Part shown: positions 6,455 through 13,367 of the stretch, piece after piece
How positions within the stretch are numbered: position 1 is the first letter of the stretch
Layout of the letters: each line of letters begins with the position of its first letter
NCBI GenBank assembly: GCA_041586955.1
Contig: JBFGZE010000086.1
Location: 1 to 13,367 of the forward strand
Direction: 5' to 3'
DNA from: Bacteriovoracaceae bacterium
GTDB taxonomy: Bacteria; Bdellovibrionota; Bacteriovoracia; Bacteriovoracales; Bacteriovoracaceae
Length of the DNA stretch: 13,367 bases
The notes under the pieces: model-generated
The model's input: only the letters and a program-made list of their open reading frames with translations
Databases searched by the model: none
What the model was told of the DNA's origin: nothing
Made by a program: the position numbers and the translations under genes

Positions 6455-7813
6455 TTATTTAATTAATTTTTTAAGTGCCAGCCAAGTTTCTTTAAAGTTT
6501 GCAGAGGTATAACCTTCCGGTAGATTATTAATAGAGGTTTTAAAACCTTGAATAGTTAAGCCTTCTAATAATAATTGATCCACCAAGTACCTATTTAGGA
6601 TAAAAAGACAACTGACAGGTGTCAGGCGGGCCGCCTGAACCATTCCTGGGAAGCCTTTGCCATCAGGCCTTTCATGATGCTCTTTAATAATAAATTCGAC
6701 ATCAGTAAAGCCAGTAAAATAGTGTGCCATTTGAGATGAGACTGTAGGGTGATTGAGAAATTCTTGTTTTTTATCATCTGAAATGGCGGCAAAAAGCGGG
6801 TCCATTGTATTGCTAATCATTAATAATTCATCATCTCGTATCATAATATCGTGAAGGATACTCGCGAGTCCCAACTTTTTACGGGTCGGGTCGCTATTCC
6901 ACTCTAGTTTTTGGCAGACCAATTCGCAAATATAAAAAAGTAAAAGGGCCTGCTCGGAATGATCTCTATTATCAAATTTAAAATTTTTGCAAAGGTCATT
7001 AAAACTCTTCATGGTTTTTGAGACAGCATTCACCTTTCCTACAAACTCCACAATGATATCGCACAGGTCATCACTGACTCCAATATCTTGGATATATTCT
7101 TGAATACTGGAAAGGAAAATTAATTGTGCTGAAATCGCCTGTTTCGTGTCAATATTTGGACTATCAAGTATACTGCGCGCCTTATCGATAGAGGACTCGA
7201 TAAAAGATAAGCGTTCGCTTCTTTCCATGTAGAGGAATCGGACATTTCTTTTGATCAGTTGATGGAGAGTGGAGAAATGGTATTTCTTATTTTTTGTAAT
7301 AGCTTTGACAAATTGGCCGGGAATGACTTCCATAAAAGCGTTAAAGGGGACGGAGTTAAATAATTTAAAATTGCGTAGGCGGATGGGGAGAAATTCATCC
7401 TTTTGGAGATCGACGATATCTGAACTAAAATTATTATTTTGGGTCCAGATCGCAGCATTTTTTAATTGTTCTTCAAAATGAATTTGTTCGATGGGTCTGA
7501 GTATTGTATTGACAAAGTCGAACTCACTACAAAAATCTTGGTCCACATAATCCGTAAGAGAGTCGTCCTTGCCGATAAAAAGAATGGGTCTCTCACCAAA
7601 TTTTTCCAAAATAGTTTTGGCAAATTCGGTGGCATGATCGGTTTTAAGCCCGGCCTCAATAATAATCAAGCAGATATTGCCTTGTACGGTGAGAGTATTG
7701 AGAGCGTCGGTGCCTTTGATTGTACAAATAAGGTCCCATTGAGGGTGTGGTTTAAATAATTCCCGTATATCACGCCAGAAATCTTTTTGGTCTGAGACCA
7801 AAAGTGTCTTCAT
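6455..7813 (-). CDS. Receiver-like plus HD-GYP-like domain protein
   Basis: N-terminal MKTLLVSDQ..LIIIE..PILFIG..RP (Glu at the phosphoacceptor position). C-terminal ILHDI, LNHP and EHHERPDGKGFP. SD AAAGGA. Confidence 0.8.
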   Translation of the reverse strand: MKTLLVSDQKDFWRDIRELFKPHPQWDLICTIKGTDALNTLTVQGNICLIIIEAGLKTDHATEFAKTILEKFGERPILFIGKDDSLTDYVDQDFCSEFDFVNTILRPIEQIHFEEQLKNAAIWTQNNNFSSDIVDLQKDEFLPIRLRNFKLFNSVPFNAFMEVIPGQFVKAITKNKKYHFSTLHQLIKRNVRFLYMERSERLSFIESSIDKARSILDSPNIDTKQAISAQLIFLSSIQEYIQDIGVSDDLCDIIVEFVGKVNAVSKTMKSFNDLCKNFKFDNRDHSEQALLLFYICELVCQKLEWNSDPTRKKLGLASILHDIMIRDDELLMISNTMDPLFAAISDDKKQEFLNHPTVSSQMAHYFTGFTDVEFIIKEHHERPDGKGFPGMVQAARLTPVSCLFILNRYLVDQLLLEGLTIQGFKTSINNLPEGYTSANFKETWLALKKLIK

Positions 7814-7843
7814 AAAAAATCCTTTCTTATATATTACTCTATT

Positions 7844-8359
7844 TTAGGCCGGTTGTTTATAGGTGGGAAACCATTGTTTCCATTCGGAGGGATCGTCCTG
7901 TTTTAGTTTAAGGCATAATTGTGGTGTCCATTTAGGTTCTCTGGGCCTTTTATTGGGAAACATCCGCGCTTCGTGGGGGAGTTTGTCACCTTTTCTGGTG
8001 TTGCATTTAGCACAACAGGTGACTATATTTGTCCAGTTTGTACCACCGCCTCGGCTTTGGGGGATGACATGATCAAAAGTTAGGTCTTTATAATTAGATT
8101 TGATATTGCAATATTGGCAAGTATATTTATCGCGCCAAAAAACATTCGCACGCGAAAATTTCACTCGGCGATGGCCTTGGTGGCGGCCAAAAAGACGGAG
8201 GATTTTGGGGAGTTTAAAACGCGTATGGGTGGCCTGAATATAGCGGTCGTTATATTCTGTTACAATCTCGGCCCTACCCGTAAAAATGAGTAATAAGGCC
8301 TTTTGCCAATCAACTACCTTCACTGGGTAAAAGGTGGCATCCAAAATGAGTGTTCTCAT
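7844..8359 (-). CDS. HNH endonuclease (McrA-like, Zn-binding)
   Basis: RDKYTCQYC..LTFDHVIPQSRGG..WTNIVTCCAKCNTRKG. The N-terminal TLILDATFYPV..WQKAL and LPKILRL blocks are typical of a widespread stand-alone HNH family. Confidence 0.93.
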   Translation of the reverse strand: MRTLILDATFYPVKVVDWQKALLLIFTGRAEIVTEYNDRYIQATHTRFKLPKILRLFGRHQGHRRVKFSRANVFWRDKYTCQYCNIKSNYKDLTFDHVIPQSRGGGTNWTNIVTCCAKCNTRKGDKLPHEARMFPNKRPREPKWTPQLCLKLKQDDPSEWKQWFPTYKQPA

Positions 8360-8402
8360 TCCACCGTCCTCGTCAATGCTCTCTTAGGAGCAAATATATC
8401 TT

Positions 8403-8411
8403 ATTTTAACA
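8403..8411 (-). promoter_or_regulatory. Possible extended -10 promoter for the HNH gene
   Basis: The minus strand reads TGTTAAAAT (TGn plus TAAAAT), about 45 bp upstream of the HNH start. Confidence 0.25.
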
Positions 8412-8460
8412 TAGATTTGGCAATTACGAGGGCCCGCCATAAATAGCGGAAAAAAAGTGG

Positions 8461-9312
8461 CTAGTGGGATTTATTGGCGGGATAAGGTGCCAAAAAAACG
8501 TGCATCAGCTCCTGGAGCTGCTTCCAAGCGTTGAAACCTAGGGTATTTTGATCGATAATGAGATGATGAATGTGATCTTTGGTTCCCACTGGATTGGTCT
8601 CCACTGGATGTAATGTCCAGGGCAGCTCTGGATATCGTTTGAGGAGACGCTTAATTTCTTGGTAATTCACTAATTTGTCTTTTGGATCCATGACGATGAG
8701 TGCCGGAATCGATTTGAAAGATTGCCAATTTTGATCAATGCTTTTTCGAGCATCGCCCATCGCCGTATAGGCCTGTAATGGTGTGGAATTGTAGAGGCGG
8801 TATTGCTCTAAGTTAAAGCTGGGTAGGGAAAAGCTAGGAGCGATGAAGGCCATTAATTCGGGAATCTTAGCATACCATGGAATTTTTATTGCAGGGGCCA
8901 AGAAGATCATTTTTTTAAAGAGAAATTGCTTTTTATGGGCCTTTAAAAAATTGAGAAAACTTAAAGCACCGAGAGAATAACCTAGAGCATAGAGCGGAGT
9001 TTGTGGTGGCAAGCTATACTTCAAGCGGCAGGCATCTTGAAAAACATCGTCTACCCACTGCTTTGAGGAAACTTTTTTAAAGCTCTCATAGGTCCCACGA
9101 TGGCCGTGGAGGTGACCAATAATGGGATAAATTTTACGGTCTTTAAACCAATCAGCTAAAAAACCCATCTTTTCGGGTTTTAAATTGAGTCCATGTAAGA
9201 GTAGAACACCGGCCTTATAACCAGTGATTGGCGTCTGATTGGTGGGAATGCATTCTTTCGCTATTAAAAGAGGAAGAGTGAAAAAAAAGATCAAACTTGC
9301 CAGGATATTCAT
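8461..9312 (-). CDS. Secreted alpha/beta-fold serine hydrolase (esterase/lipase-like)
   Basis: Hydrophobic N-terminal signal (MNILASLIFFFTLPLLIA), LLLHGL oxyanion region, L.GH motif, GYSLG nucleophile elbow, candidate catalytic Asp (DPKDKLV) and His (HIHHL). Confidence 0.88.
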   Translation of the reverse strand: MNILASLIFFFTLPLLIAKECIPTNQTPITGYKAGVLLLHGLNLKPEKMGFLADWFKDRKIYPIIGHLHGHRGTYESFKKVSSKQWVDDVFQDACRLKYSLPPQTPLYALGYSLGALSFLNFLKAHKKQFLFKKMIFLAPAIKIPWYAKIPELMAFIAPSFSLPSFNLEQYRLYNSTPLQAYTAMGDARKSIDQNWQSFKSIPALIVMDPKDKLVNYQEIKRLLKRYPELPWTLHPVETNPVGTKDHIHHLIIDQNTLGFNAWKQLQELMHVFLAPYPANKSH

Positions 9313-9350
9313 TATTATATTTTAAATAAGTGTTAAATGATCAGCAAGAC

Positions 9351-9752
9351 TTATTGGAAGGTGATTGGATGCCTTAAGAAGAACAAGGGAATGGTAATCC
9401 AAAAATGCTCTCCATGACTATCAATCATTTCAAATTTACCACGCATATTACCAGTAGTCGTGCGCAAAGGGCAGAATGAGGTGTATTCGTAATTGCTACC
9501 TTTTTTAATAAAAGGCATTTTTCCTAAGACGCCTTCACCTGAGACAACTCTCTCAGTACCATTGCCGTCACGGATAACCCACTTACGTGATAATAATTGT
9601 ACATCTTCGCCGCTATTATTCGTAATCTTGACTTTATAAGCATAAAAATATTTTTTTTCTTCGGGTTCACTTTTTTCTGGAAGATAAAATGGAATCACGT
9701 TGACGTGAATTTTTTCTGTTGTCTGGGAATATTGAAAAATGGCCTGTCCCAT
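9351..9752 (-). CDS. apaG: ApaG (CorD) family protein
   Basis: YFYAYKVKITN..VQLLSRKWVIRD, GEGVLG (GxGxxG), YEYTSFCPLRTTTGNMRGKF, IP.F.L. Confidence 0.95.
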   Translation of the reverse strand: MGQAIFQYSQTTEKIHVNVIPFYLPEKSEPEEKKYFYAYKVKITNNSGEDVQLLSRKWVIRDGNGTERVVSGEGVLGKMPFIKKGSNYEYTSFCPLRTTTGNMRGKFEMIDSHGEHFWITIPLFFLRHPITFQ

Positions 9753-9900
9753 AGGAACCCCTTTTGTCGTATTTAAACTGGCGATAGTTTACTCAAAATA
9801 GTACTAGTTTCAAGGGCCCATGGAGAAATGACACAATGGGCTAGTTATTCTGGTAATAGCCTAACTGTTTGTAATTATAAGGGTTTCTTCTCGGCAATGA

Positions 9901-9919
9901 GTTGAGCGTCCAGCTCAAC
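9901..9919. repeat. Perfect 7-bp inverted repeat in the apaG/glycosyltransferase divergent intergenic region
   Basis: GTTGAGC-gtcca-GCTCAAC. Confidence 0.5.
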
Positions 9920-10001
9920 AAAAGGGGGTTAGTTTTTCCAGCTTATAAAGAAGAATTAAGTCAATTAAACTATAATTAGCATTAAAGGGAGTTTAAAGGT
10001 T

Positions 10002-11147
10002 ATGCGAATACTTCATGTTGGAAAATACTATCACCCCTTCCGCGGTGGAATGGAGTCGATTGTTAAAGATATTTGTGAAGGCCTAGCGATTCGCAATTGG
10101 AAAATAGATGTTCTTTGTGCTAACGAAGGTCCCATGCCGGCCAATGAAGTCATCAATCAGGTGCAAGTACACCGCATGGCACGTTGGGGTGTGCTCTATT
10201 CACAAACTATTACTCCGCAATTACTATTCCTACCCAGTCTTGCTAAAAATTACGATATGGTTCATATCCATTCTCCGAATCCTATGGCCGAATTGATGGC
10301 CCTTAAGATTCCTGCTCATATTCCTGTCGTGGCGACCTACCATAGTGATATTATCCGCCAAAAAAAATTAAAGTTACTTTACACTCCATTGCAAAAGGCC
10401 TTTTTGCGTCGATTGCAGAAAATATATGTACCCACAGAAAACCATATAAAATTTTCGGAAGTTCTACCGCTGTTCCGCGATAAATGTGAAATCATTCCCT
10501 TTGGTATTAACCCTAATCAATTTCCAAATAATTCCCGCGTGAAAACTCACAGAGAAAGTATTAAAAAAGAGTTTGGCCGTTACGCTTTATTTGTCGGTCG
10601 TTTAGTAGGGTATAAGGGCGTTGATATTTTAATCAAAGCGGCGCAAGAGGTTGATCAGCATATTCTTATTATTGGTTCAGGACCAAAAGAAGGTGAGTGG
10701 CGCCGTTTATGTTTAAGCGCCGGGGTGGCCGCCCGAGTTCATTTTTTGGGTAAAATTGAAGATGTCGATCTCTTTAGCGCGTATATGCGCCAATCTGAAA
10801 TGCTGATCCTGCCATCGATTAGTAATAACGAAAATTTTGGAGTGGTTCAAATTGAGGCCATGTCTTGTTCAATTCCGGTTATCTGCTCTGATCTAGAAAG
10901 TGGAGTTTCTGCAGTCGGTGAACACGGAAAAACAGGTTTTCTTTTCCCTCCCGGCGATTATGATGCCTTGGCCAAAAATATGAACATACTTTTTAATAAT
11001 GAGGCCTTGGCGGCGGAGATGGGAAAAAATGCCAAAAAGCATTTTCTTGAGAGATACACTCTTGAAACCATGATCAATGCCCACGAAAATTCTTATCGCC
11101 AATTCAGCGGTGATGAATTTAAGAAAAAAACTGTTCTCGCGGCTTGA
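10002..11147 (+). CDS. Glycosyltransferase family 4 (GT-B fold, WfcD-like)
   Basis: MRILHVGKYY..GGME, HIHSPNP, TYHSDI, LFVGRLVGYKG, ENFGVVQIEAM (EX7E motif), G.TGFLFPPGD..ALA. Confidence 0.93.
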   Translation: MRILHVGKYYHPFRGGMESIVKDICEGLAIRNWKIDVLCANEGPMPANEVINQVQVHRMARWGVLYSQTITPQLLFLPSLAKNYDMVHIHSPNPMAELMALKIPAHIPVVATYHSDIIRQKKLKLLYTPLQKAFLRRLQKIYVPTENHIKFSEVLPLFRDKCEIIPFGINPNQFPNNSRVKTHRESIKKEFGRYALFVGRLVGYKGVDILIKAAQEVDQHILIIGSGPKEGEWRRLCLSAGVAARVHFLGKIEDVDLFSAYMRQSEMLILPSISNNENFGVVQIEAMSCSIPVICSDLESGVSAVGEHGKTGFLFPPGDYDALAKNMNILFNNEALAAEMGKNAKKHFLERYTLETMINAHENSYRQFSGDEFKKKTVLAA

Positions 11148-11180
11148 CGCTTTCTTTTACCTAAGAGAAAACAGAAAGGT

Positions 11181-11939
11181 ATGAAGACCTATCTGATTGA
11201 CTTAGAATATCTAGGGAAACCTTATTTCGGTGTAACCTTACAAAAGGACGAAGAGACGATTTTCTCGTCTTTGCGAGATGCTTTTGCCAACGTTCATCAA
11301 ACTCCCATTTTGAAAATACAAACTGCGGCGCGTACTGACCGTTATGTTTGTGCCTATCAAAACTTTATTCGCTTTAGTGTTAAAAAAGAAGCAGCATGGA
11401 ATTTAATTGCCTTAAATCAATTTTTAGGGCCGGGGATTATCCTTCATGGAATTAAAGAAATCTCTTATTCCTTTAATCTTATTGGTGGCTCTAAAGAAAA
11501 ACATTATATCTATCATTTCCCCGTAAAGTATAACCACCCTAAGGAAGGAATTATCGAATTGACCCCCTTAATGGACATTATCTCTGAGGTAGCCTCTTTT
11601 TTTGTAGGAGAAAAAAGTTTTCATAATTATCAATACCGGAGTGCCAACTCTAACTTTATGCGTATTATCGATACCATCAATATTATACCGGCGATTGATT
11701 TTCAAAACTCCCGCGGTGCTTACCCCTTTACGGAAGGTTATATTATGGAAGTGAAAGGCAAGGGCTTTTTACGTCATCAAATTCGTTTGATGATGGGTAA
11801 TTTAATTGACTATGGTTTGGGTAAATTTGATCGTGCGGCGTTTGAAAGTACGTTTGATCCTGATGTGACTCTCAAGTTAGGCCACCGCGCCCGCGCTGAA
11901 CACCTTTACCTTAATAGCATTATATTAAAAAGTTCCTGA
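11181..11939 (+). CDS. truA: tRNA pseudouridine synthase A family protein (divergent)
   Basis: Y.G..Y.G...Q near the N-terminus, catalytic RTD, K.Y.Y, FVGEKSF, R.I, GKGFLRHQIRLMMG, LYL..I. Confidence 0.82.
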   Translation: MKTYLIDLEYLGKPYFGVTLQKDEETIFSSLRDAFANVHQTPILKIQTAARTDRYVCAYQNFIRFSVKKEAAWNLIALNQFLGPGIILHGIKEISYSFNLIGGSKEKHYIYHFPVKYNHPKEGIIELTPLMDIISEVASFFVGEKSFHNYQYRSANSNFMRIIDTINIIPAIDFQNSRGAYPFTEGYIMEVKGKGFLRHQIRLMMGNLIDYGLGKFDRAAFESTFDPDVTLKLGHRARAEHLYLNSIILKSS

Positions 11940-12680
11940 TTGGATTTGTTGACCTATCTTATAGAGTAGGCGAATGGCCGCTATTGACAGCGCTCCCTTA
12001 AATATTATCTTAAAAAATTGATCACTAACTTTATTTAATAATTGAACTCCAATTTTGGTGCCAAAAAGGGCCATGATGGTCATCGCCATAATCAAAAAAC
12101 CATAGTCCTGGTAATGAAACCCTAGGCCAATAAAGGTCGGTATTTTAATTAAATGTGCGAGGGTTTGTAGTATTGATTTCGTAGCGACAACAGTTTTTTT
12201 ATCAAAGTCATCCCGTAGAAAGAAAGGTGCTAGAAATGGGCCTACAGCGCCAATTAAGGGGGCCAAGACGCCAGTAATGACACCGACAAGAAAAAATGCG
12301 GGAAAGGGAATACTTAAATGTGGCAGCCTTTTGGGTTTAAAAAGGGAGTATAGAATTAGCCCGGTAATGAGGCATTGAGGCAATAGCTTGGAGTCGATAT
12401 TTTGTATGAGCCAGAGGGCGATAAAGGCACCTAGGGGGAGTCCTAAGGCATAAAACTGCAGAACCTTTTTATGAATATGAGCGCGCAAGAGATAGCAACG
12501 GGCGCTATTAGATATTAATTGCACCATACCGTGAATGGGGATAACAACCGCCAGGGGGAGAAAAAAGGTCATCAAGGATAAGAGGACTACGCCGCCGCCC
12601 ATGCCACATATTGCGGAAATAATAGAAGTACCAAAAGAGAAAAGGGTTAGGATCGAAATTGCCAGGGCAGAAAGTGCCAT
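11925..12680 (-). CDS. Sulfite exporter TauE/SafE (TSUP) family membrane protein
   Basis: 251 aa, highly hydrophobic, with two repeated glycine motifs (ICGMGGGVV and LIGAVGPFLAP). Its 3' end overlaps the truA 3' end by 15 bp. Confidence 0.88.
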   Translation of the reverse strand: MALSALAISILTLFSFGTSIISAICGMGGGVVLLSLMTFFLPLAVVIPIHGMVQLISNSARCYLLRAHIHKKVLQFYALGLPLGAFIALWLIQNIDSKLLPQCLITGLILYSLFKPKRLPHLSIPFPAFFLVGVITGVLAPLIGAVGPFLAPFFLRDDFDKKTVVATKSILQTLAHLIKIPTFIGLGFHYQDYGFLIMAMTIMALFGTKIGVQLLNKVSDQFFKIIFKGALSIAAIRLLYKIGQQIQSGTF

Positions 12681-13366
12681 TAAGATTCCTTTTGGAATAG
12701 GTAGAGTTTATGGATTAATTGCCCTTTGAAGTCCTGGGGGATACTTTGAGCAGTGATATCTTTTGGGCGATAATTCGTTTGAATTTCCTCATTCAGTTTA
12801 AATTTGCGTTTATTATTACTAAAAAATAAGTGACCGCCAGGCCTTAATGCTCGCATACAACGGTCAATAATAAACTTTTGATCCCGTTCGACATCGAAGG
12901 TGGTATCCATGGATTTAGAATTAGAAAAGGTCGGTGGGTCGAGGACAATGATATCAAAGGTGTTGGCCTGGAGCTCTCGTAGATAATCTAAACAGTCTTT
13001 TTGAATAAATTCATGCTGTTTGACTGGGATATGATTGAGGATAAAATTTTCTTCTGCCCATTTGATATAGGTTTTTGATAAATCAACACTGGTCACTTTC
13101 TCCGCCTTTTCGCTGAGGACCACGGAGAGTGAACCAGTATAACAAAAAAGATTGAGAGCGTCTTTAACGCCGTTGAGCCTGGGGAGAATTTCCATACGCA
13201 AAGGGCGGTGATCAAGAAAGAGTCCAGTGTCGCGGTAATCTGAAAGATTGGTTTTATATTTGAATTGCCCCTCATTGATATTGACGATCAATTCATGCCG
13301 TTCGAGAGGTTCGTATTGTTTATCCTTGGATTGTACAAAGCGGTCTTTTAAAAGAATTTTATTTTC
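12680..13366 (-). CDS. rlmK: RlmK-type class I SAM-dependent 23S rRNA methyltransferase (C-terminal part of RlmKL-like protein), 5'-truncated
   Basis: The frame is open to the window edge (ENKILLKDRFVQSKDKQYE..). Motifs: NLSDYRDTGLFLDHR, LNLFCYTG, VDLSKTYIKWA..NF.LN, DPPTFSNSKSM, FSNNKRKF, SIPQDF. Whether it is fused to RlmL cannot be seen. Confidence 0.85.
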   Translation of the reverse strand, partial: ENKILLKDRFVQSKDKQYEPLERHELIVNINEGQFKYKTNLSDYRDTGLFLDHRPLRMEILPRLNGVKDALNLFCYTGSLSVVLSEKAEKVTSVDLSKTYIKWAEENFILNHIPVKQHEFIQKDCLDYLRELQANTFDIIVLDPPTFSNSKSMDTTFDVERDQKFIIDRCMRALRPGGHLFFSNNKRKFKLNEEIQTNYRPKDITAQSIPQDFKGQLIHKLYLFQKES

Positions 13367-13367
13367 A

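Noticed and set aside
7844..8359. HNH gene as part of a CRISPR, IscB/Cas9, restriction-modification or homing element
   Set aside because: No repeats, RuvC motifs, methyltransferase, intron or terminal repeats are nearby; length and motifs fit the common stand-alone HNH family.
8434..8456. CCGC-N8-GCGG hairpin next to an A7 run as terminator of the hydrolase gene
   Set aside because: On the transcribed (-) strand the U-run precedes the stem rather than following it, and the stem is short.

Overview
AT-rich bacterial chromosomal window with 14 densely packed protein-coding genes, two of them truncated by the window edges. I see no rRNA, tRNA, CRISPR array or mobile element. The gene styles suggest Bdellovibrionota (Bacteriovoracaceae-like), which is inference only. 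Left to right: a 5'-truncated uncharacterised helical-barrel-like protein; a small stand-alone Lrp/AsnC ligand-binding (RAM) domain protein that is 15% Trp; a five-gene signalling block with no histidine kinase (REC-REC-ankyrin protein, Hpt protein, OmpR-family regulator, and two convergent paralogous pseudo-receiver/degenerate HD-GYP-like proteins); an HNH endonuclease; a secreted alpha/beta hydrolase; apaG; a GT4 glycosyltransferase; a divergent TruA; a TauE/SafE (TSUP) transporter; and a 5'-truncated RlmK-type rRNA methyltransferase. The best novelty candidates are the Trp-rich RAM protein, the pair of HD-GYP-like paralogs with different active-site losses, and the Hpt plus REC-REC-ankyrin module.
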